From Lytechinus pictus (taxonomy: Eukaryota), in the NCBI RefSeq assembly GCF_037042905.1, contig NC_087251.1:42596001-42660000 (forward strand): a DNA stretch of 64,000 nt, in the 5' to 3' direction. Positions 34,897 through 48,919 of this stretch are shown piece by piece. Each line of letters begins with the position of its first letter. Position 1 is the first letter of the stretch. The position numbers were made by a program, and so were the translations under genes. The notes beneath the pieces are model-generated. The model was not told the DNA's origin. It worked only from the letters and a program-made list of their open reading frames with translations, and made no database searches.

Positions 34897-35783
34897 TTAA
34901 TCAAGGAACTGATAAATGGCAATGGAGTGCACCGTCTCATTGCAACCGATATAAAAACATTCAAAAGTGTACAGTCCAGTAAACCGGCCGGCCGGTTCTA
35001 CCTGAGGTGGGCGTTGCGAGTTTTCGCAAACCTCTGGAACGCGACATTATAGGGTCCAGTAACACAAAAGTTAAAGATTAACCATAGGCTCGATTTTCAA
35101 GATTGATTGTATACATTACATAAATAGAATCGAACGTAGAAAACGGTTCTACAATCATTGCTACGCTTTGTGTTACAGGCCCTATAGATCTGCTTTTCGT
35201 GTGCAAAATTCTTTCATGCGATACCAGCATGTCATTCCAAATTGTTGACATCCCGCTTCTTGCATGTACGACTGCATGGTCATCATAGCAATATGCCTGC
35301 CTGAGCTCGCGGCGTGGCTGTAGGCTACTATCATGACTACCATGACCCCAACTGGCTGGAGACATGCAAAATGCAGATTATGAGATGACATGAATGAGAA
35401 AGTGGTTTTTCAAACAAATCGAGTACATATTGAGTGAGGAAAAACTTACTGAATTCAGACCTAGATATAAATCATTACAGTCCATCGAATATCGATGTTG
35501 CAATGTGGATTATCGGTGGATCACTGGAAATTGATTTCATGCGTCAGATCACCTCTCCAGCTAAACGATTTCGCATGCGCTGATATGTACACAGCATATG
35601 CAATATCCCTCTGAAACCCATCAGACTTTGCGTTTCCCCCCCTTTCCTTGCTTCTCAAACGATATGCCTCTAGCACACAATGTAATGGGCATTATGTTTT
35701 ACTTTCCCCCGAAATGGGTGATTAGATTAAAATTTTCGGGGGACCACTTCCATTGACGAGTGGATACCAGGCGCGACCACGGG

Positions 35784-36990
35784 CCCAGGTAACAAGCCAA
35801 CGTTGGCTCTACGTTAGAAACTTGAAAGTCGTTGGACGTTGGAAAAACTTGATGGATTTACGTTGAATCGACGTTGGAAACTAGTTTGATGGAAAGATGA
35901 TGGACAATCAACAATGACACGACGTTGGCAACGTTGGAAACTTATTAGTTGGAGAGTTGTTGGACAGTCGACAATGTCACAACGTTGGAAACACGTTTGA
36001 TTGGATAGTTGTTGAACAGTCAGCAAAGGCACAACGTTGGTAACGTTGGAATTAGTTCGATGGAAAGTTGTTGAACAACCGATAATGGCACAACGTTGAC
36101 AAAGTTGAAAACTTGTTTGTTGGAGATTTGTTGGACGGTCGACAATGGCACAACGTTGGAAAATGGTAGGTTGGAGATCGGTTGGAGAGTCGATGATGAC
36201 ACAACGTTGGCAAGGTTGGAAACTAGTTCGATGGAAAGTTGTTGATCAAACGACAATGGCACAACGTTGACAAAATTGGAAACTGGTTTGATGGAGATTT
36301 GTTGGATAGTCGACGATGACACAACGTTGGAAACTAGTGTGTTGGAGATTTGTTGGACAATAATTTACACTGGCACAACGTTGGAAACTGGTAGGTTGGA
36401 GATCAGTTGGATAGTCGACGATGACACAACGTTGGCAAGGTTGGAAACTTGTTCGATGGAAAGTTGTTGATCAACCGACAATGGCACAACGTTGACAAAG
36501 TTGGAAACTGGTTTGATGGAGATTTGTTGGATAGTTGACGATGGCACAACGTTGGAAACTAGTGTGTTGGAGATTTGTTGGACGGTCGACAATGGCACAA
36601 TGTTGGAAAATGGTAGGTTGGAGATGAGTTGGATAGTCGACAATGACACAACGTTGACAAAGCTGGAAACTAGTTAGATGGAGAGTTGTTGAACAACGGA
36701 CAATGGCACAACGTTGACAACGTTGGAAACTAGTTTATTGGAGATTTGTTGGACAGTCGATAATGGCACAACGTTGGAAACATGTTTGATTAGATAGTTA
36801 CTGAACAGCCGACAATGGCACAATGTTGACAATGTTGGAAACTAGTTCGATGGAGAGTTGTTGAACAACCGACAATGACACAACGTTGACAACATTGGAA
36901 ACTAGATTATTGGAGAGTTGTTGACAGTTAACATTGACACAATGTTGGAAACTATAGTTTGGTTGATATTTGTCTGACAGTCAACATAAT
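35784..36990. repeat. Array of ~20 units of 51 or 60 bp with CAACGTTG palindromes; probable EnSpm/CACTA-like subterminal region
   Basis: Begins CCCAGGTAACAA; CACAACGTTG recurs mostly at 51/60-bp spacing. Confidence 0.85.
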
Positions 36991-37114
36991 ATTCCGGCAT
37001 AATATACACAGTGTTGAGAACAGAACTGGTTCATTGGAGAATTGATATACAGACGACAACTACTCGCATAAAATCCAATGGGGCCGGGGGGGGGCTCAAG
37101 TAAGTTTGCTTGTC

Positions 37115-40100
37115 TATTCAATTCAATTCAAATAAACGTTTATTTTCTTCCATTTCAAAACATTTTTCATAAACATTAGTTCATACAAAAATCAAATTGT
37201 TATGAGGAATATAAATATGTATATGTTTGGTATAAAGAAGAAGGCGTATACCCTAAAAGCCGAGGCTTGTGACGGGATACGCCTATAGACAGAAATACAA
37301 TACAAAATACAATACAAAAGAAAGGGCAGAGAAAAGAAGAGAAGGAAAGGGAACGAGAGAGGGAGACGGGCATGAATTACTGTATAAAATAGAATGCTCA
37401 ACAAATGTATCAGTGGGGGCAAAATATAAATGCTGGAACAACAATTGTCCATGGTTCATGTTAACTTAAAGTCAAAAGGAAACGTAAGTTGGAAAATATT
37501 CATATATAAAATGACAGAAGAAGTTTTTTCATTTTATACTTAAAGCTAGTTGACGATAGAGATTGTTTTATGTAATCTGGTATTTCGTTCCATATTTTGG
37601 GGCCAGTATAACGAATGTTGTGTTTAAAGATTATTTTTCTATGTTTGGGAATGAATATTTGATTATTTGAGCGGGTATCAAAATTATGTATGTTGGAAAC
37701 ATGCGTAAACAAATCACGAAATTTGTGTGGAATTTAAGAATTTAAACACCTGTAGAGAAACTGACATTGTTGAAGTTTATTGATGTCGTCTAAATTCAAC
37801 AATTTTAGGGAATGATACAAATTTCTAGTATTTGCTAGTGGTATATTGTAATCTGGAGAAATAATACGCACAATTTTATTTTGAAGGGAACATAATTTCT
37901 TAAGATGGGTTTGGTATGTGTTCGCCCAGACCAAATTGCAGTAATAAAAATATGGCAGGATTAAAGAGCAATATAATGTACGCAATACAGTTTTAGGCAA
38001 GTAAAAACTTAGGCGATGTATTATTCCAATATTTTTTGCAACTTTGTTCTCAATTTCATTTATGTGATGTATCCATGTTAAATTACTTTCAATAATAACG
38101 CCAAGAAACCTTGTATTTTCAACTCTGGGAATAATTTGGTTGTTAAGTTTCACCATAATCAATACGCCTTGTGGAGTTACGGAATATAATGTAATTGCAT
38201 TTTTTATAATAATAATAATAATATTCCGCATTTATATAGCGCTTAACACATCGGAACGACGTCTCTAAGCGCTTTACAGATATATCATTACCCCGGTCAT
38301 CGGATCCTTGCATGCCCGCATACAATGTATGCACCTTCTCCACTCCCTGGGGAGCATTCCAACAAGAGTTCTAAGACTCAATTGCTAGGCATACTAGGCT
38401 TTCGCATCCTACCGGGTACCCATTTAACACCTGGGTGGAGAGTGGCAAATTGTGGATTGACGCCTTGCCAAAGGACGCTAGGCCATGGTGGGATTCGAAC
38501 ACACGACCCTCTGATTACAAGGCGAGAGTCAGAACCGCTACACCACGGCGCTTCCACGTTATAGTTAATGGTAAGCTTGTTTGCACAAAACCATTTACAA
38601 ACATTTGTTTGTTCAGTATTTACAGTTTCACACAAGTGATGAAGATTTCTATCAGAATAAACAATATTGGTATCGTCGGCGTACATGATAAAGGAAAGGA
38701 GATTTGACGAACGATAAATGTCATTAATAAATAGAATAAACAAAAGTGGGCCAAGCAATGACCCTTGTGGTACTCCACATTTAATTGTCTTAAATTCAGA
38801 CTGAACGGAGTTATAAACGGTGCATTGTTTACGATTTGAGAGGTAACTAGAAAAAAGGTCGAGGGCAGTTCCACGAATACCATAGTTAGTTTTGATAAAA
38901 GTATATTATGATTAATTGTGTCAAACGCCTTTGACAAGTCAATAAATATCCCTATTGCGAATGAGTCGTGCTCAAAGGAGTCAATTATGGTATTTGTTAA
39001 TTCGAGAAGAGCTAGTTCTGTTGAGTGGTCACTACGAAATCCGTATTGAGATTCAAAAAGACACTTGTTATTTTCAAGAAAATTATAGGCCCTTTTATAA
39101 ATAATCTTTTCCAATATTTTAGAAAATATAGAGAGCACTGATATGGGTCTATAATTACCGATCTGCGTTTTGTCACCAGCTTTAAAAATTGGAGAAACTC
39201 GCGCAATTTTCATTTTTTCAGGAAATACCCCAGAGGTTAACGATAGATTGAATATATGACATAAAGGTTCGCTAATTAGTTCGATTACAAGTTTAACAAT
39301 CTTAGGTGAGCATTCATCAAGACCTGGGGCTTTATTGTTATCGAAACGCATGACAATGTTACATATTTCACGTTGGCTTACCGGATTTAAAAACAAAGAT
39401 TTTGAATTTGGTTCAGATAGATAAGTTCTGAAATCTGTATTTTGAGGAGTGATATTAGCTAGCTTTGGACCGATTTCAACGAAAAAATTATTAAAAGCAT
39501 TTGCTATTTGGAACGGGTCTGACGACCGACCTTCGTCACAAACTATGGTGTTGGAGGTTGATTTTTTTTCTTTTATTTAATATTGATTTGATCATTTGCC
39601 ATGTATATACGATTTATATTATTTTATATTCTTCAAATTTAGATTTATAATAATGTTTTTTAGCCTGCCGTTTCAAACAGTTAACTAGTTTAAGAGAATC
39701 TTTGTATTTAAGTTCGTTTCTAACTGTTGGTTTATGAATATATTTTTTATATAGATTGTTTTTATGTCGAATAGATTGAAGCAAACCATCGGTCATCCAG
39801 CATTTCAGTTTAATTTTCTTACTAGGTGTTCTTTTTAATGGAAAATTGTTATTATACAATGTAGTAAATTTGGTTATGAATATATAATATGATTCATTAG
39901 CATCCTGCATATTAAAAATTTCATCCCAATTTGAATTTTCGATTTCGTTTTAAAATTTCGCAATATTTTGTGTTGTAAAAGTCCTACGGAGTACGTTATG
40001 ATTTGTCGATTTAATTTTACTAACATTCATGTAAGTTATATGAAATATTGGTAAGTGATCTGACACTTCAGAGTATATCACTCCACCTTTACTATCTAAG

Positions 40101-40690
40101 TCAAATTGATTTGTCAAAAAAATTATCTAAAAGGGTGGCACTTGTCTTAGTAATTCCTGTGGGCCTGTGAATTAAAGGGAGAAAAAAATTACTGAAAAGA
40201 CAGTTCACAAAGTTCTTACTTTGAGGATTTGAGTTGTGTTTTAAAATATCTATATTTAAGTCGCCCGTCAAAAATACCCTTTTATTATATCAAATGTAAA
40301 TTTCAAAGAGTTAAGACAGCTTGAAATGTCATCAAAAGAATTTAAAAGACTTCTAACATTAAAGTAAATGCTTGAAAATTTACCGCTGCTCGGGACACCA
40401 ATATTTTCAAAGTTTGTATTAAATTCTTCATAACAATAGTACCGAGAGTCATTTGAACTCTCAGTATAGAATTGGAAGTCTGGGTCAACATCGTCATTTG
40501 GGACAATGCTTTCATGTGCTAAAAAAGGATCAAAACGTAAATGAGAAATTCTATCAAAATTGTCTTCTAAGGGTTCATCAGCCTATATTACATCATCGAG
40601 CTCGTTATCATTCAACTGGTTGAAAGGAAATAAGTGTTCAAGACAGTGTTTACAACAAGAAAAATATTCGTTCCAGTCATGGTTCCGACA
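37115..40690 (-). mobile_element. Near-complete but degenerate LINE ORF2 (APE with deletion, RT) plus 3' UTR
   Basis: N-terminal C..C...FPFNQL, FNVRSL, NYRPISVL, DLSKAFDT, MYADDTN, KIWNEIP; (TTGAA)n tail at ~37117. Confidence 0.92.
38209..38558 (-). mobile_element. Full-length tRNA-derived SINE inserted in the LINE RT
   Basis: A box TGGTGTAGCGG, B box GTTCGAATCC, core CCACCCAGGTGTTAAATGGGTACC, GCGCTATATAAAT plus (ATT)n tail; TTATA repeated on both flanks; removal restores LTINYKKCNYI. Confidence 0.92.
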
Positions 40691-41851
40691 CATTTGCTTA
40701 CACATGTAACAATAATTTATATGCGATTTAGGTCACTGAATTCTTGTATAGGTTCACTCGTCATCAAAGTAAAAATTTGTCGCTTTATCATGTAGGAATT
40801 TCAATCCAGACTGATACCTAATTTGACAAATGTCATTAATATATATTAGGTTACATACTATGTGTATTGTAGCTTTGGCTTTGGGAAAGATAACAAAACC
40901 TATGCAAATTGTTGTTGCAAATTGAATGAGTGCGAACAAAATAAATACATATTGAACGTTAATTGCACGTCGTTTGGTATACACGGTAAAGTCATGCCCA
41001 CAAGAAGGTTGGAGGAAGAGAATAAAGTTAGTAGAAAAGGAAATATGTGAAGAAGAAGAATTTGCCCTTATAATTAAGCTAATTTGGTACGAAATTATAA
41101 ACATCATGGATATAAAATCGGTAGAAAAATTCATCGTATAACCACTAATAACCACTATAAGGAGCCAATTATAAGGGGAAAAAATGATTAAGTGGATGCG
41201 TCTGCATCAAAAAGTAATATGCATTACGACATGAATTATTCAAAATAAATTGCTATGAATGCTATCATATCTCTTTCCTTATACACATTTTGTGAGTAAA
41301 AATAAATACCATAAATCTGATTTTTTTAAAATACATTTTTCGTGGTCTTGTCATAAATAAAGACATGAGTTCTTCTTGAGAAATTAAAAATAGTTGGACA
41401 AGATAAACTTTAGACAATGAAAACTATAAAAATAGATTGAATCAAAAGACGAGACTACCTGCATACACCATAGTTTGATGATTTTTTTTTTTATATAGAA
41501 AGACAATGAGACAAGTATAAAACGCAAATACATGCAGTTACCTTTCCATCCATATCTTTTTTTACATAACTGATATGTGCATCTATATTCTGTAATTTCC
41601 AAAAATCTTGACAGTGCAATGTTGCAATATAAAATTAAATACTTCATATTCTTTAAAATTGTGATAAAGAAACTTCGTCTAACAGTAAAATGACCCTTAA
41701 GCAGATTCTTGTTTTATCTTATTCTTTTTGTTTTCAAGCTATAGGTACATCAATTTGCTTACAATAGTTTTGTTTCATAGATCAAAGTTGCACATCTGAG
41801 CAGAAAAAAAAAATCATCAAACTCCGTTTAGTCAGGTGTGTTTACATAAGC

Positions 41852-41896
<45 letters not shown>

Positions 41897-44829
41897 ATTA
41901 TGTAAATCATTCAAAAACTCATTAGGCCTGAATATTGCTCAAAAACAATATTAGAATACATGGGCATTAAATATCAGTCAGTACAGTCAATTAAATATCA
42001 TTATTAAAGTGGATTGATATGTATTTACAAAAAATGAACCTATAGAAACCATGATAAGGGATGCGCATGCCCAATAAAATCTTGAACATGGGAATGCATA
42101 TAGGCCTTTTAATAATAATGTAAACATTTTCATTCAGAGTGATGTAACAAAATTTCTTACATCTAAAAGACAGGGCACACATTGTACATACAATATCTCA
42201 CTATCTGAGATCAAATCCAACATCATGATTCGAGACACCCTCAATCTCAATCCTGACATAATAACAAATAGAGGCCAATGTTCATCACTCGCCAGAATGG
42301 AAAGGATACTCCAAGTGTCCAAGGTTTACTTAGATGATGTTGTTATGATTATTATCAGCAAAAAATAAATAAACACTGTACAAAGAGGCAGAACCATGGG
42401 TACAATTACTAATCACCGTGATTACTTAATTGACTTAATCAAACAATGGCTTAAGTTATACTTTTTTTTTTAGCTATATATTCCTCAGAATTGTTAATTA
42501 AAAGGTCATTTTACTATATATAATACAATATAAATCTTACAGGTCAACAATCATGAGAAATAATCACCATAGAGCAACGGCCATAGCTGTACAAGTAGTT
42601 TTTATGTTCAGATATGTGTATAACATGGAGTTCTACCTGAGATGTACAGTCTTAGCACTAAAGAAAATTGTTCATCCTTTTTTCATATAGGTGTGATAAA
42701 TACTGTAATGGTGGTGATCTCTTTTCCTCTTTAAAAAAAAAATCAGAGGTAATTATCAAGATACAGAAGAGTCATGTCAAGGATTGATCTCAATACCAGG
42801 TATTATTCAATGTAAATGCCCATGGACAGGATGGAGCTGACGTATCAATCAATAAAAAAAGATCTTAGTTTAAAAAAAAAACTTATTGAAAGACAGTAAA
42901 GAGAGCATATAGGCAATGACCTTATATGGTACTTGTTCTATCTTTTCTTGATTATCATATAGAGTCATTAATACAAGACTAAGTAAATATGCGTATTATT
43001 ATAAAGGTATCATAATATAGGGCAGAGCCCACGCTCTCTGTGCACTTGTCTTATTTTTTATTATTTTTAATATAATACTGTGCATTATCGGATCTTACTG
43101 AGTAAAGGTTAGAATAAAAATATATCAAAATTGCAAATAGGCAAGTGACAGCCTGACAGATATTGATATGATGAATTACTAGAATGCCTTTACTAGCAAC
43201 AGACTACAGAGATGATAAAGTTAGTAAATTGCATTAGGACAAGTATTCAACATGTTCAATGAAAGGAATATTCGGACGCCAACGTCAGTAACATGGCCAA
43301 AGGGGGGGGGTCAATATTGGGATCAAGTTCAAGGCCTATGCTAAAAAGGTACGCCTACTGAAGTGAATCAATTGGAAGAAATTGAGTTCTCACTCATTTG
43401 TATAAAATAGATTGGTTTAAGGCAAGCTTCATAGAATGTTGAATAATTATGATAGTCATATAAGCAAAGCCAGTGAGATGTGGTGTAGCTTTTAGCATTT
43501 AAATGAAAGAATCTCAATTTGATATACCATTTCACATGCTCAAATGAAAACAAATATTATTGACAACTAAAGTCTAGTTGGTGATGCATAATAATTTTAA
43601 AAAGCAAAGGTCTAGTGTATAAAGGATGTAGGTTTACCCAGCAAAATGTTGAAGTATCAAAAGTTCCAAAATACAAGAGTGATACATAATTATCATAAGT
43701 TAGTGACCAACATCCAAAAAAGGCATGGTCACTGGCGGGGTTGTCACGTACGGTATGTGGTGGGCTAAGAAGTAGAAAATGTACATTTTCATATGCCGTT
43801 ACATTGATTAGTGCGTAAATCTACCTTATTAGCAAATTTCATGTAATAACAAGCTGTAAACATAAACGAGACCATTACTACTCCTGAGTCTAAGGTATAT
43901 TTAATATAATTGTTTAAAGATGCCTATATAAAGTATGTCAACTAGGAGCTTGTTTCGCTTAGTTTGATTTATATCTTTGCTTATTTAAAGGGTTTTCTCT
44001 AAAATGAAGGAAGAGTTTTCTCATGGACCTAGGTCCATGGTGTTACCCTATTAAAGATATTATGCATTGGGTTATTGAAAAACAAAGCAAAAGTGTATTA
44101 ATTGGAAAAGACAGATTCAACTCCTGCAATTAGAAAGCCATGACCTTTGACGATCCCATATAGTTGACAAGTCAAGAATCCACCGAATAAATGCAATGCT
44201 AATGAGGTTTGTAATTACCACACATATCATGCATACCATGGTTCAAACATTTTTGTTGAATCTATGCGTTATCCTAAATGGCCAGTATACATCTTTTGAG
44301 TTCAGATATTCAGTTTACATAACATCCTATGTTATGAAAAGACTCATCAAAATATAGGCCTAGTGTTTGAAAGTTATCACTTGATTAGCTTATGAGAGAC
44401 TAAGATTGATGACAAAAGGTATTCAAGAGCACCAAATGCACTGATATTGAAAATAACGCAAAAGCACTGATTTAGGCCAACTTATGACTCAGAGATATGT
44501 GAAGTAGGGATTCATAATAACTAATTTGGCAAAGAGTCATATTACAGAGCAAAGAAAATGCCATCATGGTATAGTCTATGTTCTGTAAGTAATGTTTTAT
44601 ACATAAAGTGTCATACGGAATATGAAAGTAGATACGTTAATCGGAGAGAAAGCGTTGACTTCTCACCAGTTGTTATTATAAAGCAAAGACAAGTGCCATC
44701 GATCAGGAAATATTTTTGTACTTTAACTTATAGTTTATACATTTGTAGATGAACACACACGGCATAGTGGTGAGTAAAATACAATATAGTGATTGAAGGC
44801 ATAGATTTCTCACCAGTTTCACGGAGTTT

Positions 44830-45680
44830 ACTCTGTGTATATGTCCCACGGAGCTCCGGCTTTACCCTTGTCCCGTGTTTCTAGTTGAAGCTTTGTACCG
44901 ATGAGGCGAACTCTGGTAGATTACCCTTGTCTTTGCGTAGTGCATATAAGCAAATTTCTCAAGTTGAAATCGCTTGGCCTTGAGATGTGGGGGGAGATCC
45001 GTGCGGATAGTGAATCCAGGCCGGACGAGAATTTTTGTCGCGAACCTTGCTCTCGAAAGCTTGTAGGACTTCGTCGCGGTCATCCAAACCTAGCAATTAT
45101 CGGGTCCGGCGTTGGCGTTCTTGGCCGCTTCCTGGGTAGGGCCTGCGTGGGAGCTGATGCGCGTTCACAAAATACATTCACCTTCTCTGGAGAGAATCCT
45201 AGCGTAGAAATGGCGACGCGAATATCATGTAAAGCATTCTTTGATGTCTTGGGCGCTCCTGGTGTTGATTTGATTCCGTAGAACAGCAAGTTGAGTTTCC
45301 GCTCATGTATTTCAAGACTATAGTAATTGCATCTGTTAGCTTGGTCTCCGACTCATGGGCGTTCTCATCCATTATAGGGACCACATTCTCCAAATGCGCG
45401 ATTCGCGCCGTCGTATCCTCTGCAAATTTTTGTAGATCCGTGGTAGTTTTTCGCACAGCTCCTATTTCTGCTCTCAAGTTAGAAATTCCGTCATTCATAA
45501 TATTCAATTTCTCCATGATTTTATTCATTGACCCGTCAAAGCCGTTACGTAGCTTATCAATGGACTCCTCTGTTGCATACTCACGACGGCCACTTTGTTC
45601 GTTGGTTTCATCGTCGGAAGAAGGCTTATTCGATCCGCAAGGAATATGCCTTAGCATTAGTAGATTTGGTGTTATTAGAT
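44830..45680 (-). mobile_element. Frameshifted LINE ORF1-like remnant (coiled coil plus RRM-type region)
   Basis: Heptad region ISNLRAEIGAVRKTTTDLQKF, then ERKLNLLFYGI, PDPIIARF, IRTDLPPHLKAKR. Confidence 0.75.
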
Positions 45681-46619
45681 ACTTTGCTCATGATTCTGTT
45701 GTGAAAAAGCGTTATTTGAAGAAGATGCAGATGGATTTTGTTGTGTATTTTCTAAGCTCCTAAAATTTCGTGCTACATGCTCAGTGCGCCCTCTCTACTC
45801 TCTGGTCACTTTCTTCAGAATTGATGATAATGCAAGCCATCAAGGCAGATATGTATATATTTACGATCTTGTTTACATTGAATACCATTTCCTAATTACA
45901 TTACACCATTGTTTTTGTTCATAAAATCGAATATTGATTAGCGTTTAATTACTACCATAGCACACCTTCCCATTACCTAGCCTGCCAATTGAAATTAGAA
46001 AAATTGACGGAAGCATGTCTGTCCAAACTCCATTACACCATATTGTAGCTTACCTTATAATTTGAGTTAAAGAGTGTCCAAATTGTCTAAAAGTTGTTTT
46101 AATCATTCAATGCTAATTGTATATGTATTTATTTGCTTAATAAAAATGCATTTTAGAATTTAATTTTGTTTCATCTATTGTAGATTTGTTATTCTTGTAT
46201 ATCTTTTTTGTGTGAAGTTACTATTCTGAAGTGTCTCCCTGACAAAATTGAGAATTACATATAGTTAAAAGAATTATTCAAATTCAAATTCAAATTAATG
46301 TTTTATGTAAGTTTTGCACTTTCTACTCTGATAAATGAAGCAACGTGTTGACTACTAACAATGAGAGAAGGACATTGCGTTCTTGGCCACTCCCCCCCCC
46401 CCCCCCGTAAGGGATGAAAGGAGAAGAAAGTGAAGGGAAAGCAATATAAAGGGGGGGAGAGCAAGAAGAAAAAAAGAGCGAAAGAAGAAGAAATATGAAA
46501 GAAACGAAAAAGAGTGAGGGGGAATAATTAGATAGGGGCAGTGTGATCTTGATTTATTATTTTTTTTTGGGGGGGGGGCATAATGGTCTTAATCTTAACC
46601 TTGAGGAGGCTAGCTCAAT

Positions 46620-46835
46620 TATTGACCCGAAAATAAGGGGGCGCCAAATTGACCTAAAATAATGATGGGACCCAAAATTATCTTTAGGTAAGGGGCACCA
46701 ATTCGATTTTAAACTCAGGACGCCAAAATGGTACTTAAACTAAGGGGGTGCCAAGTTTATCTTAAACTTTGGGACGCTATATTGATCTTAACTTCGGGGC
46801 CCCCAGATTGAGCCGAAAATAAGGAATGCCAAATT
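46620..46835. repeat. ~32-bp minisatellite (about 7 units)
   Basis: Recurring GGGGCGCCAAATTGACC... Confidence 0.7.
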
Positions 46836-47464
46836 CAAGCTTTCCGATTATTTTGAGGTATGCATCGTTTTCATTATACGTTTTAACGTATGCTTAGCGC
46901 TTGCATTATTTATAGTACTGATCCTATTTATGATATTTTCAAATGCTTATCTATTTTTCAGTTCTGAATATGAAAAAAACTCAGTTCGCACCGCCAATAT
47001 TTGTTTCCTTAGTTCAACTTCCTCTTCATGAATTTCAACAAAAGCTCCCAAAATATTCCCTTTAAAGTCATTTGATAAAAAGTTCAGCTTTGCGCTTCAC
47101 GTTCGCATTATTATTCAAAAATTTAGATCTTTATCGTGATTAAGTCCTTGGAATATTCCGCATTTAGCAGTGGCGTATTGAGCCCAAAATTTTGAAGGGG
47201 CTAGATTTGGCGTATCGGGGAAAATATATAAAAGGACAAAAGGTGCGAGCGAGCAAAAGTTTCGACATTTAAAAAAAATCAAATTTTGTGATAGATTTTG
47301 ACTTAATAATCAGAAAATAATATCATATTTTACCCTTCTCTCTTTCCTTTTTTTTTCTTGGTCGTGAATTTTTCATGTATTTACGTAAGTCCACTTACGC
47401 ACATGAGCTCATTTTAATATTGGCATAATAAAGTGCTGACAAAGTCCACACTTCTTATCATTCT

Positions 47465-48305
47465 TAAATTATCCGGGCTGAAATGATCATATCTAAATAA
47501 ATATCGTAAAATTTCATAGAGCAAAACGCCGAAAATTTCATCAGAATCTGATAAAAATAACACAGGAATTTAATTTCAAAGTTAGGCAATATTTTGTGGA
47601 AACAGCCGTCATATAATACGCTAGGCGGGCTGGATGAGTGTACCACTTTCCCTTTTCTTATGTTATTACATTAAATCATAATTATTTCATAGTTTTATTA
47701 TTGAGTGTATGCAAGGAATCCCTTGTAATAGGTTGCAGCAGTGATTTTTTTGTACATGAGCCAATCTATTTTTTTATTCTTTGGTTGGAGATAAAAATCT
47801 GAATATATACTTTCATATAATACAAAAAAATGGGGATATGACATCATCAGCTTGCTCCTTACATATTTATGAAAACATGCATGGAACTGTTAATACCAAA
47901 ATAACGCAAAATCTAAAAATGTCATAACTCTGTTAGCCCTTGTTAGATTTGATGAAATTTTCATTGTTTTGATTTGTTTGTTAGATTATACTTTATTTGT
48001 TCAAATCATATTATTTTTACCCCATAAACATTCTATTTAGTGATGGAAATTACTATATGCATCTGTGAAGAAAGAAATATGTTTAGGTGCATGTGAGGGT
48101 GAGTGGATGATGTCATCAGTTCCCCAATGTGCGTATATACTGACTAGGATGAGCATATACAATTAAGCAAAACTTAAATAGCACGGTATGTCATAACTTT
48201 CTTATTTTACATCCGATCAAATTGATGAAATTTTCAGTGTTAGGCTTGTTGGATTTTTCTCTCTTTATTCAAATCAACTTTTTGTTGGCGTGGACTTGTC
48301 CTTCA
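47465..48305. mobile_element. Two adjacent decayed Kolobok-like MITE copies
   Basis: CCGGGCTGAAA...GAAAATTTCATCA left arm; right end GTGGACTTGTCCTT at ~48303. Confidence 0.6.
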
Positions 48306-48403
48306 ATAAAAGGCTGAATTATTGTAATTATCTAATGGAAGTGAGCATATCAGCCCCGTGCCCCGGCCATTAAATACCAACCAACCCGTTCGCAGCGCAA
48401 AAC

Positions 48404-48669
48404 CATAGGCGGTGGAAGCGGGGGGGGGGGGACGTGGGGGGACCTGTCCCCCCAAAAATTGAGGTGGGGGACGGTCCCCTCCCCTGATTTTTTTGTTGAA
48501 AACATTTTTTTTTTTTGCTAGTCAATTTTGTTTCCTGCGCCCCCCTTAAACTCAGGTGAACCCCCCCTAAAATTTTTGTGGTCCCCCTAAAATTTAGGTT
48601 GCTAACCTTTTCTTTTTTCTCAAAATTTCAGGTGGACCCCCCTAAATTTTTTGCCTTCCGCCGCCAATG
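48404..48669. mobile_element. hAT-type MITE, 8-bp TSD
   Basis: CATAGGCGGTGGAAG...CTTCCGCCGCCAATG flanked by CGCAAAAC and CGGAAAAC. Confidence 0.82.
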
Positions 48670-48702
48670 CGGAAAACACATAATTATACTCTTGAAGACA
48701 AT

Positions 48703-48919
48703 GGCCCGAATTCTCGAAAGGTGGCTAACTGAGCCCATGGGCTAAATCGCGTCATTTGACGTCATTTAGCCCACCGTGCTAAATATTTAGCCCGGTCGGC
48801 TAACTTAGCCGGGGGTGCTAACTAGCCCACGCTTTGTGAAATGCTCGGTGAGCTAAGTTAGCCCACGGGGGATAGTTAGCCCAGTGGGCTAAGTTAGCCA
48901 CCCTTCGAGAATTCGGGCC
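48703..48919. mobile_element. Harbinger-like MITE
   Basis: GGCCCGAATTCTCGAA...TTCGAGAATTCGGGCC perfect TIRs; internal GGCTAA/TTAGCC repeats. Confidence 0.88.

Noticed and set aside
36020..36677. Repeat-protein gene from the array ORFs
   Set aside because: Openness is explained by 51/60-bp units; no credible start or splice structure was seen.
35790..36990. CRISPR-like array (palindromic motif at regular spacing)
   Set aside because: The intervening sequences are variants of one another rather than unique spacers, there are no cas genes, and the context is eukaryotic.
38480..38558. tRNA gene
   Set aside because: It continues into a SINE body and tail with a TSD and sits inside a LINE.
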